Shown: positions 1-13,757 of the stretch, in pieces
Layout: every line of letters begins with the position of its first letter
Position numbering within the stretch: the stretch's first letter is position 1
Source of the DNA: Octopus vulgaris
Lineage: Eukaryota
Assembly: GCA_951406725.2 (NCBI GenBank)
Contig: OX597825.1
Span: forward strand, 1,860,001 to 1,924,000
DNA length: 64,000 nucleotides
Direction: 5' to 3'
Notes under the pieces: generated by a model
What the model saw: the letters and a program-made list of their open reading frames with translations, nothing else
Told to the model about the DNA's origin: nothing
Databases searched by the model: none
Translations under genes and position numbers: made by a program

Positions 1-407
1 TAATATTCCGATCTCTAACGGTTACTGATTCTTAACATAGTATTAGGTCGCAAATTTTAGAGAAAGGTGTTGTTCGCTAAATCGACCTAAATATCAAACT
101 GCTACATTATTCTATGGACTACAAACAGAAACCAGAACCCGAAGGTACGCAATGTACTACCACAATGCATCTGCCATCCGCTGTCGTAAATTCCTTAGCA
201 CTGAGTTCTAACAAACTTGAAAACAAGAATATGGAGAAGAAACTAGTCAATTCAACCAGTAACAAGACTCGACTGAGATCTACTTAATCGACCCTGGGTG
301 AGGATGAAGGGTAAAATTTATCTCGCGGGGAATTGGAGTATCAAAGGGACAAAGTATAAGTGTCAATTAAAGGTATATTTTAAATGAGAATGGTAGTTGA
401 GATTAAC

Positions 408-608
408 CCTTTCGGCTGTAGGTACAGGCCTGAAACTTTGGGGGCGGGGGTAATCAATCACATCGACCCCATTACCGTTACTTAATTTATCGATCCGAAA
501 GGATGAAAAGCGAAGTCGATCTCGGCTGAATTTGAACTCAGGACCTAAAAACGAACGAAATGCCGCTAAGCATTTTGTCCGGCGTGCTAACGATTCAACC
601 AGCTCGTC
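408..608 (-). mobile_element. tRNA-derived SINE, family A
   Basis: Matches >10 other copies in the window; minus strand has a B-box-like GAGTTCAAATTC and the core CTTTTCATCCTTTCGGATCGATAAATTAAGTA. Confidence 0.85.
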
Positions 609-1268
609 AGAAACGGAATGTTTTATTCAAGCATATGTGATTCACAGATCAAATTTTTATGAACATTTTTTTTTTCTCTCTTATAGAAAGGAAGAGTCCT
701 GAAATGCCAGGATATTCCTTTGACTGTGGCGGACTTATTTTCCTGCATCTATAAACTTCACTACAGAATTCTGTTGGTGTGATATATAAATATGTGTGTG
801 CGTGTGCTTGTGCGTGTGTGTGTGTGTGTGTGTGTGTACATACAAACACATGCAGAACACATTTATACGCAAATACACACACACACACACACACGATCCT
901 GTGCATTTGGTCGTCTGCGTGTCTGTGGATAATGGTCCATAGCACCGTGAACGATAAGTTCAGAATACTTTCCTGAATGAATTCTTTGCCTAATCTCACA
1001 TCACACCATAATACTTTCCTCTGGGTTAGTGTGCTTTCTTTCTTTCCTGCCTTCCTTTTTTCCGTTTTTATTTTTATTTTTATTTATTTGTTTTTTTTTG
1101 TTTTTTTTTGTCCACATACAAATTTGAACTCTGTTCAACAAAGCGACAAGACAAGAACTCATCATGCATGCAGTACTTCGGTGGATTCCAATGCCTGCCA
1201 GGACGTTTATGTGGTCGGTATGCACACGAATACTTACTTACTTACGTACTTACACATACACACACACA

Positions 1269-1303
<35 letters not shown>

Positions 1304-1451
1304 AAGTAGATGAATAAAAAATGGTGAAGTAAATGTCTTCTCGACAACAACCCATTGCGGTGTGCATTTTAGACAATATGACGACGACCAATAACCTAGT
1401 GCTAGGTCAACTACATAATGCGTGTATGGTCTAGATTTTATTCCGGGGACT

Positions 1452-1545
1452 ATACATACATACATACATACATACATACATACATACATACATACATACA
1501 TACATACATACATACATACATACATACAGACATACATACATACAC
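1452..1545. repeat. (TACA)n microsatellite
   Basis: Direct reading. Confidence 0.95.
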
Positions 1546-1751
1546 ACATGTATATATATGGTATTGTACATATATTATTTTATGTGTGTGTGCGTATATG
1601 CGTGTTTGCGAATATGTTGACACGTATATCTATAAAAGTTTCCATGCATATGGAATGAAGTTCCTTTACTTCTGCATACATATACTGAAATTGAACACCA
1701 AACTTACATACATACACACATACTTACATACATACATGCATAAATACATAA

Positions 1752-1806
<55 letters not shown>

Positions 1807-2780
1807 TATATGATTCTTCTTGATTGCTACACCTCTGTAATCCAGATTAGAATATTGTCAACAGACTGATACAAGTTTTCTGTTTAGACTCTAGTACTGG
1901 ATTTACCATTGTGCTTAGGTCTACTAAAGCGCAGGCCCCGTTGACCAGGTGGGGGGGGATCTACCTGCTCCCAAAACATAATACGATGAATTTGCTGAGC
2001 ATGTATGCCTAACTGTCCAAGTAAGGGACCTCATAACGTAACTAGCACAGGGCCTTGATTTATCCTAAATCCGGTATTATTAGGCCTATGTACTTTGGAG
2101 AAAGATTTGGATTGGCCGAACAAGAAAAATAACTTTCGGACACGGCTGCGCGATGGCAGTTCCTTGATAGATAACCACAGGCCCTGACAGAATTAGTGAT
2201 TGAACTTTCTTGTGTAGGCCCTGTTGGAACTAATATAATAGATAGTGTGTTCAAAGAGATAGTGATTTGTGTATATAAAACCTACACATGCATGTAGAGG
2301 AATGAGAAAATGGTTTCACTCAAAACTATAAAGAGAGAGAGAGAGAGAGAGACAATACGTATATGAAGAAAGTATCTTGTACATCAAACTTCCTAACTTT
2401 AGACAATATGTAATCAAAACTCTAAATGTCTATAAAAGCGATAGACACCATTAATTCTTACGATCATTTCTTATGATATCATAATCATAGTTACTATGAC
2501 TATGTGATATCGTAGTGTCAGAAAATATTCGAATGACTACTGATGCCCTACAAAGTTGAAGTAAGCTCGACAGTTCTGTAAAACTCTATACAAACTTCCT
2601 AAATGACATCAAAAAGAAAACCATCAGACTCATTGACAAAGACTCACCCGTTAATACAAAATCACAAACACAATGCAAAGTCTAAACCGCGAGTGGAATC
2701 TCGTCACTCTGATCTGTTGTCAGGCTAAACAGTCACTTCGTCCTCTCCCTCCAAATTCCGTTTGCCACGACCATCTCATT

Positions 2781-2905
2781 TCAGAACGTGGAAGTGAACG
2801 AAATGCGTTGCAGCATTTCGTCCAGTCTGCTAACGATTCTACCAGCTCACCGCCTTTTTAAGAATTTCGTCCGGCGTGCTAACGTTTCTGCCAGCACGCC
2901 GCCTT
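2781..2905 (-). mobile_element. Two adjacent 5' head fragments of SINE family A
   Basis: GCTAACGATTCTACCAGCTCACCGCCTT and GCTAACGTTTCTGCCAGCACGCCGCCTT are reverse complements of the family A head. Confidence 0.75.
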
Positions 2906-3335
2906 CGTCGACCATCTCATTTCATTTCCTTCTTATCCTCTGTGCTCTGCGCTAATCATAGAGACTTATTTGCTTTCTTCGTAACACCAACTCTATGAAG
3001 TTCCCTTACTGATGCATACATATACTGAAATTGAACACCAAACTTACGGTTCTTTACAAGTCTATTAGAACACATGACAGGTGCACTGTTCCTTCATGCT
3101 TATTAGACCTTTCAATAAACACACACACACACGTCAATATGTATGTACGTATACATGCAGGCATACGTACATGCACACACCCACTCACACAAAGACATAC
3201 ACATGTCTGTATTATCTATGCACATATGCATGCAAGTTTATATACATGCACACTTAGACACGCGCGCATAAAGAGACAGACAGACAGATAGATAGACACA
3301 AATATTGATATAGATGTATTTAAATAAATATAAAT

Positions 3336-3573
3336 GCGCCCTTTTAAAGCCTGGCCAGGCTCATGGGCCCAGTTTCCCGGTTTCAATGGCGTATGTGTTC
3401 CCCAGCTGGATGGGACGCCAGTCCATCGCAGCAACGTGAAATGAAGTGGACTGGAGCAACGTGAAATGAAGTGTTTTGCTCAAGAACACAACGCGTCGCC
3501 CTGTCTAGGAATCGAAACCACAATCTTACGATCATGATGCTGCCAGCCTAACCACTAAGCCACGCGCCTCCAC
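3336..3573 (-). mobile_element. tRNA-derived SINE, family C, with 11-bp TSD-like flanks
   Basis: Minus strand starts GTGGAGGCGCGTGGCTTAGTGG (A box) and has GGTTTCGATTCC (B box); TATAGATGTAT at 3309-3319 and 3575-3585; internal 18-bp duplication GCAACGTGAAATGAAGTG. Confidence 0.85.
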
Positions 3574-4024
3574 GTATAGATGTATACATACTTATTTAAA
3601 TACGTACAGATACAGAGACCTACACAGAAGATTAGATTAAAAGACTGTCAGATTTCGATGTGTTTCATATCGTCACCAAACATTAATCTGATTTTATCAA
3701 CTTTTATATTCGTTCATAACCTTCTCTACATTTTAAATACTATTTTTACGGATCAGCATATTTCTCTCACGTATCACGGTATCATGATATATTTATCTAC
3801 CTCTGACTTTCTTTCTTGATCTATGTATTCACTGAGTGCGTGCTTGTGCACGTGTGTGTACATGAATGTTTAATTTTCCGTTATTCTGTAGAGAGTATAT
3901 TGCAACTAAGCTAGTTCGCCAGCTGTAAGTACTGCTTTTGCAGTAAAGTATGCTTCCTACGCGAGTGTATGCATGTATGAATGCATATACTTATGTGTAC
4001 ATATATCATATACACACGCGTATA

Positions 4025-4090
<66 letters not shown>

Positions 4091-4095
<5 letters not shown>

Positions 4096-4408
4096 ACTTA
4101 TAAACATCTAATTATTGAAGTGGAAAAATTATCAGAAAAAGCCATTTCTATTCTTTCTTTTCATCTACATATAAATATATATAAACTACAGTGTACATTT
4201 AAACACACAAGGAATCCACTCATGGGATTCAACACGCTGGAAAGAACAGCTAGGTTCTATAACCACAAAATTAGGGATAACATTCGACAGCATTCCTTAT
4301 GTGTTTAAATGTACACTGTATTTTATGACTAATACATAGTCTTTGGACTAAATGTTTACACGTTAGGCCACTGGAAGTGATAATTTCTATTAATTTCCAT
4401 TTCCCTTT
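4091..4408 (+). mobile_element. TA-flanked PLE pLTR-like remnant with inverted repeat
   Basis: Inverted repeat 4187-4215 / 4292-4320 (29 bp, few mismatches); the reverse complement of the right end resembles the 5979 terminus (CCAGTGG..TAGTC..AGACTAT..AATACAGTGTAC). Confidence 0.6.
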
Positions 4409-4495
4409 GATATGATTATATATATATGTGTATGTGTGTGTATGTGTGTATACATGTATATATATATACAAACATACATATGCATATATATGTAT

Positions 4496-4822
4496 ATATT
4501 GTTGATAGTGAATTCGAGGTTTCGACCAGTTAAGCCATCGTCAGACTGCAAGGCATTAGAGTTAGTCTTTCTTTTATATAGCCTCTGTAGAGTGAAGAAT
4601 TATCTTTGTGTGTGTGGGGGTGGGCTGGAGTGAGGTGGTAAAGGTAAGAAGACTAAATCTAATGCATCGCAGCCCGACGATGGGTTAGCTGGGCGAAAAC
4701 TTCAATGTCACTGTCAACAACATTCTTGTAGAAGAATAATAAATCTGTGCTCTACAGAAATACGGAACAACCCAACAGATGAATGTAAAATTGTTTTTAT
4801 CATAACTGATTGAACAAACATT

Positions 4823-4825
<3 letters not shown>
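4496..4825 (+). mobile_element. Old inverted pLTR pair, each arm with a decayed hammerhead motif
   Basis: Arms 4496-4569 and 4649-4723 are about 80% reverse-complementary by eye; consensus AGT-CTGACGA...GAAAC...GTC-ACT; tail runs to (TG)n. Confidence 0.6.
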
Positions 4826-4890
<65 letters not shown>

Positions 4891-5270
4891 CTGCACACGA
4901 CCGAGTATTTAAGGCATCACTCGGAAATGAACTGCCTTTTAACAATGTCTGATGAAAACTGAGGACGAGCGCAAGGTGGGATAACTTATTGACTGCTACA
5001 AAGTCGTCTCTCTCTAGCTCGGAACACTACAAATATAGAACAGAACGGGCGTATCTATTGTTACGTATTACCTGACTTATTTTTCTCATGTCAGCCGCTA
5101 TGCGCTGACTTTGTATTTCTACGTATCACGCTCAGAAACAAGAAGTTTTGATAATCCGCAAAGCTTCTTTGCTAAAATTAATATACTAAGATAAGATAAT
5201 ATCCACAATGCGTCAACGAAATATTTGTCAATTTCAGCGACAGGACAACGCACTTTTACAGGTAAACATG

Positions 5271-5312
<42 letters not shown>

Positions 5313-5978
5313 ACGGGGAGTGTGTCGTTAAAAGCCTGACTGGAGGTTCAACATTCCGTGTTCGTTCACAGAACTTAGAAAATTTGAAGGACCGTTGCAG
5401 TATATATATATTTTTATCTCCAGTATATTTTAAAAATCCAAATCGAGGAACTTTGTTGCACCCCTCGTATGTCTGTCTGTCTGTACATACACACACACAC
5501 ATATACATACGTGAGTGCGTGCATATGTGTACGCACTTTACATATGTGCGTTGGTTTGTATATATACGTGTGTGTGTGTAAGTATCTATATATGTATGTA
5601 TATGTATATAAATATATACATACTCACACATACACAAATACATACATGCATACATACATACAAACATACACACACACATGCATACATATAGAAAACAGTT
5701 GCTGATTCATTGGTAAATTACGTGAATCTTGTGTGTGGATCAGGGACACATGTGAATAATCATGAATGGTAATTGACGTCTGTGTGAAACTCTGAGTAAG
5801 AAGAAGAGTGAATCACCGATTGTTAACATAAGAATATGAATCTCTGAACAATGTATTCGTCGGTCATTTCTTAGCATTATGTGGATAAACAGGTGTACAT
5901 GTGTGTGTGGGTGTGTGTGGGGGAGTTACATGAGTGCATATATATACATACATACACAAGCGCATATATATATATATA

Positions 5979-6585
5979 TTAAAAGTTTAGGGTAGCAAGA
6001 ATATTTATCAGAAAAATTCTTAGTTACCAGTGGTCTAAGCGAGAAGGAAAAAATGAGTCAATAGACTATATATTATTCAAAGAAGAATACAGTGTACGTT
6101 GAAGCAACCCAAAGAATAGGATATCTGACTCGCTAGAAAGAGCAGTTAAACTCCAAGCCTCTAATTGTTGTAATTCCGAAAGTGATTGAAAAATAAAAAC
6201 TTTTACCTTAATCCTAGACCCTGCAAGGTTTCTGCAGCCTTAAATACAGATTGAAATAAGATAATTTCAGTCTATACCTGGCGCTGCATCTTCTGTAGGT
6301 TGCCAAGACTGAACACACAGACACGGAGCTATAAGTAATCAGCCACGTGTTTAGAGGTTCTAATTCTTCGAATCCACCGCACAAATGCAGAACTCAACCA
6401 GCACTAAATAAATAAATTGCCCATTTTCTTCCAAAATTTGCCAAAAAACATTTTAGCATTAATTAAAATCTTAGGGTAGCAAGAATATTTATCGAAAAAT
6501 TCTTAGCGAGAAGGTAAAAATTAGTCAATAGACTCTATATTATTCAGAGAAGAATACAGTGTATTCTGTACAATGTACACTGTAT

Positions 6586-6593
<8 letters not shown>
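5979..6593 (-). mobile_element. Partial-tandem PLE pLTR / retrozyme-like element (484-nt period)
   Basis: Direct repeat starting TTAGGGTAGCAAGAATATTTATC at 5987 and 6471; short inverted copy 6576-6593 of 6546-6563; flanked by (TA)n and (TC)n(TA)n; contains a hammerhead motif. Confidence 0.7.
6213..6299 (-). ncRNA. Type I hammerhead ribozyme with long stem II (one core substitution)
   Basis: Minus strand: CCTA-CAGAAGA-TGCAGC...GCTGCA-GAAAC-CTTGCAGG-GTC-TAGG. Stem I CCTA/TAGG, stem II TGCAGC/GCTGCA plus inner hairpin, near-palindromic stem III; core reads CAGAAGA instead of CTGAAGA. Confidence 0.75.
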
Positions 6594-6661
<68 letters not shown>

Positions 6662-6776
6662 TTACATACACACACATATGTATATGTGTGTGAGTATACG
6701 CACACACATATCTCAAGTATATTTATATACAGAGAGAAGGGGAGGCTGTAATACACTTAAATGTAGATAGACAGAC

Positions 6777-6859
<83 letters not shown>

Positions 6860-7392
6860 CACACAAAAGAAGAACACATCGTTGAAACCATTTCTTCTCT
6901 GCGTGTGGACTTATGTTGTTTGATGTCTAAGTGACATGTAAGCTCTTTTATCACGGAGGACTGGGAGTTGATGTCATTTCGACAGATATAGCAGGTCTAT
7001 TTACTGACATCTAGGCAGACAGAAAGATTAAGGAGACTGACTGGTTGTTCAGTAGGCAAAGCCGGCAAGGTATGCCATGCAATCAGGCAAACAGGCTGAC
7101 ATAATTACTCTCAGGCACAACACATATTGTTTATTCAGTATGTTGATTAGCTAATTTATTGAAACAATCTTTCGTGTCTCTTGTATTTTCAACGCAGTTT
7201 CTGTTGAGTAAAAATAAAGAAAAAAGAAAAGAAATGGGAAAAAAAACTTTACGCCCAATGAGCGAGTCTCTTTTGCGTTTTCTCTCAATTCGCTAGAAAT
7301 ACCAGGCGGATCTTCATCACTACATTCTACAATGTTAATTCATATTGCACAATATTCCTAGTTTTGCATTTCGTTCTATCTCCCTCTGTCTA

Positions 7393-7425
<33 letters not shown>

Positions 7426-7544
7426 TTCTCTCTCTTTCCCTCTCTCTCTAGTCATTGATATTAAAAATAGAAAAATGGTTACGGTAGCAATGCTACTGAA
7501 TGACTTATTATGTCGGCTTATCTCAGGCTGAAGAACAGCAATAA

Positions 7545-7747
7545 TCTTTTCTACTCTAGACACAAGGCCCGAAATTTTTGGGGAGGGGGACAGTCAATTA
7601 GATCGACCCCAGTATGCAACTGGTACTTAATTTATCGAACCCGAAAGGATGAAAGGTAAAGTCGATCTCGGCAGAATTTGAACTCAGAACGTAAAGACAG
7701 CTAAGCATTTCGCCCGGCGTTCTAACGTTTCTGCCAGCTCGCCGCCT
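7545..7747 (-). mobile_element. SINE family A, near full length
   Basis: High similarity to other copies; head GGCGGCGAGCTGGCAGAAACGTTAG on minus strand. Confidence 0.9.
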
Positions 7748-7779
7748 AAAATAAACATCCAATAAGGTTGACTCTGCAG

Positions 7780-7913
7780 TCAATGGGCGACCTTTTTTTG
7801 AGAAGACATGGCCCATCATCAGGTGGGCCTCAAACTAAATGAAAAAACAACACAAGTTTAAGTTTCGTTAGGCGTGCCATTTAGAAAGTCCCGTGGGCTG
7901 CGGTTTGCCCATA
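7780..7913. mobile_element. Possible decayed hAT-type MITE
   Basis: Ends ATGGGCGACC and CCCGTGGGCTGCGGTTTGCCCAT are imperfectly inverted and resemble hAT terminal/subterminal motifs; no TSD found. Confidence 0.3.
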
Positions 7914-8352
7914 AACAACGGATTCGCTTGATAACCCATGATCTAAAGATGCTACATGTTGGATAATGTAATATGACAAGAACGGGAAAAAGACGGGTAA
8001 GTCATAGACTAATTACCGTAGATCAAAGCTCTGCAGGAATCAATAAATCCGAATGCTAAAATAATTCTTTGCAACGAACCATTATTATAACTGCTAAATT
8101 CATTACGCCTTCGTAAGATTGTGGTTTCGATTGTGGTTAATCTATTTATTTCATTATTTATCTATTTAATTTTAAAGCAAATTTTGTGAGCGACAGCGTT
8201 GTTGCCAATAGGTTTGCAACAGGCCATTCAGTGATTCGTTTATTCAACGTGTTTACCCTCGAATAGAACAAACACCACAAGATGTTTTTTAGTCGAAAGT
8301 ACCGGTTTACCGATTTTCTCGCTAATGTACACAAGGATACACACATTCATAC

Positions 8353-8414
<62 letters not shown>

Positions 8415-8418
<4 letters not shown>

Positions 8419-8569
8419 CAAAATAAGCAACAAGGATACCCAGAGGTAATGCAGCTGTTGCTTATTTTTATTGTAATCACCACATTTCAAATTTTATGGA
8501 TAATACCATACTAAATTCTGGTGCCTTTAATTTAAGTACCATATTCAACTGAATCTAAATTTTACTGAA

Positions 8570-8572
<3 letters not shown>
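8415..8572 (+). mobile_element. Short TA-embedded insert with inverted repeat plus tail (PLE-like)
   Basis: AATCAAAATAAGCAACA and TGTTGCTTATTTTTATT are inverted; ~100-bp unique tail; (TA)n on both sides. Confidence 0.5.
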
Positions 8573-8619
<47 letters not shown>

Positions 8620-8665
8620 TGTATATATATACATATATATTTGTGTGTGTATGTATATATATGAA

Positions 8666-8721
<56 letters not shown>

Positions 8722-9597
8722 CACATACATATATATATTCAACATGCTTCTATTTCCGTGCTATTTTTTTAAGTAGACATGGTCATAGCTCTAATATAAT
8801 CTATGTGTATTATTCATTGAACATTTTTACAATAAACACCTCCTCATTTTTTTGAATGCGATAAAATGTGCGATGATTAAGGAGATTAAGAAGATGATGC
8901 ATGTCTATAGTACCATGCATTAGCGCCGAACACGAAACTCCGGGGCTGCGAAGTAAACTTGTTAACCACACAGCCCTGCCTACGTCTAAAGTAGTATAAT
9001 TCCTGACTTCGGATGTCTGCCACCATTATTGACTATTTCGCTTTTGATGCATTCGTCACTTTCCTTCATCATCCTGATTGCTTACATCATATCTGTTGCA
9101 AGAATACTTAACCATTTACTGCTTTTATCGTTCTTACCTTTGTTTTCTGTCTTTTTTTTTGTATGTGTTGTGCGTGTGTGTGCGCGCACGTTGTTGTTGG
9201 TAGGAGTGTGTGTGTGTGTGTGTGTGTGTGTGTCTTTCTTCTCCCTTCTATCTTCTAATTAACACTATTTTTATCACTGCTTCATGTCTCGTTTAAGTAT
9301 GTCATCGTTATCGACTTCACCCGAATTATCTCTCTGCAGCCAGTCAGTCGTGAAGTAAATTGAAGTAGAATCGTCTAACTGGGAATCGATTTGAAACTAG
9401 GTGGGTGGTAGACGCAATATGAGTTGTACCTCTTTATAGCGTGAGTTCAAATCCCGCTAATAACAAACTTGTATTTCATTCTTTCAGAAATTGATGTGAT
9501 AAAGTACCTATCTTACAATGCGGTAGATATGATCGACTATTCCTTTCCCCAAATTTGAAATGTATCTTGGTACGATATCAATATTTTGTTATGGAAA

Positions 9598-9812
9598 GGC
9601 GGCGAGCTGGCAGAATGGTTAGTATGCCGGAATAAATGCTTAGGGGAATTTCGTACGCCTTCTAGGTTCTGAGTTAAAGTTCCATCTAGATCAACTTTAC
9701 CTTTCATTATTTCGAGGTCGATAAAATGCGTACCCGTCAAACATTGGGGGTGGTATAATCGACTAAGAGCCCCTCCTGAATTTGCTGGCCTTGTGCCAAA
9801 ATATGAAACCAA
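9598..9812 (+). mobile_element. SINE family A
   Basis: GGCGGCGAGCTGGCAGAATGGTTAG head, core and 3' GGCCTTGTGCCAAAA. Confidence 0.85.
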
Positions 9813-10564
9813 TAATTAGTTACGGAATGTTTTACGTTCTGATTTTAAATCCCACCGTGGTCGGACTGACTTTGATTTTAACTTGTGAAATGTTCGATCC
9901 TAATTTTAGCCGTAGATTAACAATGATTACATTATCCAAACTTTCCATCATTATTTTAAGACGGTAAGGTGTGATTGGAGGGACATTTAGCTCCTGTGTC
10001 TAGCAGGCGATTCTTTCTGAAGCCACCCATTTGTTGGTTTCGACCTACGTATTGTTTTCAGATGGAAAAATACATTACTTCAATTGAGAATTGTATTCGG
10101 AAAAGCAATTTATATATTTGCATTCCTATTAAAAACAGCAGCCAATAAACCACAACAAAATTTAATCTGTGTACAAATAAAACTAACGAACAGACACACC
10201 AGAGAATTCGCACCGGATTTTGATAAAGTTTTGGTTGCTGCGAGGAGTAAAGAATTTAACGCTTCGGGCTTTGCACTTCGTCAGGAAGCGAACAAGATAA
10301 AGAAAGTGTTGTTGTTTTGAGTGCGATGCAGCAAAAGAAAACGACATAGACAACCGTGTGATGTAGGTGTGTGTGTGTGTTTGTTTGTTGTGTCAATGAC
10401 ACTTTCTAATGAGGAAATTGCTAGCATTTTTACGTTGCATTTGCCTGTGTGTGTTTGTGTGTGTGTGTGTATGTGAGTGTGTGTGTATGTGAGTGTGTGT
10501 GTGTTGGACCACTGAACTCACCACGCTTTCTTCCATTCTCTCCCTATTTACTTCCTCTTCTTCC

Positions 10565-10692
10565 TCCTTTATGTCGCAGAGCGTAGGCTCGAAAAGGTAA
10601 GAGATTTCCCATTTTTCCCGAGCAGCAAATTAATACACTTACTTGTTGTTCCTACACCGTCTTCGTTTTTGTTTTTCTAAAAATTTGAACTA
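10565..10692 (+). mobile_element. Retroelement 3' end with decayed minimal hammerhead-like motif, joined to TA
   Basis: GAGC-GTAG-GCTC hairpin followed by GAAAAGGTA; terminus GTTTTTCTAAAAATTTGAAC-TATA recurs as GTTTTTCTGTAAATTTTAAC-TATA at 17433-17456. Confidence 0.4.
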
Positions 10693-10771
10693 TATATACA
10701 TACATACATACATAAACTGACAAACAGACAGATAGACAGATGTGTAGTTGGGAACGAGAGATTGCATGTCA

Positions 10772-10772
<1 letters not shown>

Positions 10773-10839
<67 letters not shown>

Positions 10840-11000
10840 GTATGTATGTATGTATGCATGTATCTATGTATGTATGTATGTATATGTATGTATGTATATG
10901 TATGTATGTATGCATGTATGTATGTATGTATGCATGTATGTATGTATGTATGTATGTATGTATGTATGTATGTATGTATGTATCAATGTATGTATAACAG
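10773..11000. repeat. (TTTC)n followed by (TATG)n microsatellites
   Basis: Direct reading. Confidence 0.95.
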
Positions 11001-11310
11001 TATAACATCTGTTGTGCACTAAATACTTCTCTTCGCTTGTATAAATGTTTTGTGTTTGTTTTGCTCCTGTGGCGCATAAACATTTTATTACTAATTCCAC
11101 GATTATCTTACTTTTCGCTTCTCATATTTTCATTGCGTGATTTCCCTAAAACGCACATTCGCAGCTCTTTTACCTCTTTGGTATTGTGCAGTCTCTCGTT
11201 TTTGTTTTTTGTGATTTTCCTTTTCCTTATTTAAAGTATTCGACGAATGCCTCGTAGTGCTACTTTCTGAGTGTTGCATATGTTTATGAGTCCTTTTATA
11301 TATATATATA

Positions 11311-11433
11311 TACCGGGGTAAACACATAAATGTGAAAGAAGGTGGAAAAAAAGAGTACTCAAATACCAGTGGTAGAGTAATATGCTTTATCTAAAGCAGC
11401 AGAAAATTAGAATTTTCTGCTGCTTTAAATAAA

Positions 11434-11438
<5 letters not shown>
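11311..11438 (-). mobile_element. TA-embedded fold-back insert (28-bp arms plus ~70-bp tail)
   Basis: TATGCTTTATCTAAAGCAGCAGAAAATT-AG-AATTTTCTGCTGCTTTAAATAAAGTATA; tail contains CCAGTGGT, shared with other TA-anchored termini. Confidence 0.6.
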
Positions 11439-11988
<550 letters not shown>

Positions 11989-11992
11989 GATC

Positions 11993-12170
11993 TTGAGCTG
12001 ACAGAATCGTTAGCACGCCGTGCGAAATGGCGACGTTTCGTCCGTCTTTACGTTCTGAGTTCAAATTCCGCCGGGGTCGGCAAAATAATTACCTGCTGAA
12101 TATTGGACTTGATGTAATAGACCTACCCACTCCTCTGAAATCACTAGCCCTGTGCCAAAATTTAAAATCA
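11993..12170 (+). mobile_element. SINE family A (internally deleted)
   Basis: Head, GAGTTCAAATTCCGCC and 3' end recognisable. Confidence 0.8.
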
Positions 12171-12180
12171 ATGTTTTAAA

Positions 12181-12362
12181 GGCGGTGAGCTGGCAGAATC
12201 GTTAAGGTCGCCGGACAAAATGCTTAGCGGCATTTCGTCCTTCTACCGAGGTCGACTTTGCCTTTCATCGGTTCGGGGTCGATGAAAAAGTACTAGTCGA
12301 GCAGTGGGGTAATCGACTATACCCTTCCCCCAATCTCAGGCCTTTTGCCTATTGTAGAAAGG

Positions 12363-12421
<59 letters not shown>

Positions 12422-12452
12422 CATCATTATTATTATTATTATAATCATTATT
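12181..12452 (+). mobile_element. SINE family A with (ATT)n tail
   Basis: GGCGGTGAGCTGGCAGAATCG head; ends GTAGAAAGG then (ATT)n. Confidence 0.85.
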
Positions 12453-13554
12453 AATTGACTTCCTTTTTTCATCATCCAGCATCGAGAAAGCCAATAACAG
12501 TCACATAGTGAAGTTATTTCAATAGATTATACTCCCCGATTGTAGATCGTAGTCTTGTGCCTAAACACACGCATGCAGACAAGCCAATATTTCTATATAT
12601 TCATGTGTGCGCGAGCGTTTAAGTATATCTGTGTATGAGATCTATCAAAATACAATCAATATATGTCATAATTCTCCTTAACTACTAAATCCGCGCACTG
12701 ATGCCTATCTTCACTTCCCTTTAGTAATCTATTATCATTCTGACAGTCAAGCCTTGACCCATACAACATCTAAGTACATTGGAGTGTCTGCTCTTTCGCT
12801 TCCTGCTGAAAGGATGGATTGCACTGGCTTGAAGGTTCATGATTCTTTAATAGTGAGTTTGTGTCAGGTTAGTTTTTCCGTAGACTATTCCTTGATGGAA
12901 TTGCTGTCCTGGGTCAAGCGTAAACCAATATTGGGCGTCTAATATCAGAAATCATTCACAGTGTTCGCACTTCTCTAGTATTCTTCAGAAGACTACTGAT
13001 GTGCAAAAACCGGTGATGCTCTGATGGTATAACTTAAGCATTATCGAAGATCAACTGAGCGGTCTCTCCCGGATGCTACTTTCAACATTTCCAGTGGGTA
13101 ATAAATACTTCATTTACAGCTGATGTGCCGGGCGTATCCGAGGTGTGTATAGAATTGCATGCATTCGTTCTGTGTCCAAAAATTGCCGACTTGTGTTATA
13201 TCGCAAGTCGAAGGAATCCGCATCTCTGCCTTGTCCGTCATAAAGATCACTTCACTGCCTATCTTTAGAGAGAATAGTAGACAATTTTTATCTTTGTCAA
13301 GGCCATAGCGAAAGAGTTAGCGTGAAGAACAATAGAGAAAAGAATAATGACTGCACATTTCTTCCCCAAATATGTCCTTACAATCTGCTTCAAAAACTAC
13401 TTGAAGAAGCTAAGCATGAAAGAAGAGTGCTGCTCTTCTATAAATTTGATTAAAACTTGGCGTAAATTGTCACGTATTCCTTGGTTGAGTAGGTTTGCTC
13501 TATAAGCCAGATTCCGAAGCCTCTACAAGTTCAATCAGCCTACAAGAAATATCA

Positions 13555-13685
13555 GCCTCCAATCACACCCTGGGAGAGGGTAAGTAGGATAATATGGCTG
13601 AAGGTTAATTACACATAAGAAAAATAAGAAAAAGAGATGGTCACGGTTAGAATGCCGTTGAACACAGGTCTGCTCATATGAGTTT
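13555..13685 (+). repeat. Old interspersed repeat (family E)
   Basis: GAGATGGTCACGGTTAGAATGCC..AGGTCTGCTC motif recurs near 55395-55440, 56085 and 20610, and reversed near 23890-23915. Confidence 0.6.
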
Positions 13686-13757
13686 CCTATATATTTTGTA
13701 AGCAACCTCTGTATTGTAATTTCTTATTGTAAAATCCCACATCCACTAGTGGCATTA

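Noticed and set aside
1812-2270. Unique sequence abutting (TA)n, possible PLE tail
   Set aside because: No inverted arm, hammerhead core or second copy found.
5440-5470. Mariner TIR-like end (TACGAGGGGTGCAACAAAGTTCC on minus)
   Set aside because: No partner TIR found in the window.
12700-13540. Unique-looking block suspected to be a LINE fragment
   Set aside because: No reverse transcriptase or endonuclease motif could be identified in the frames I read.
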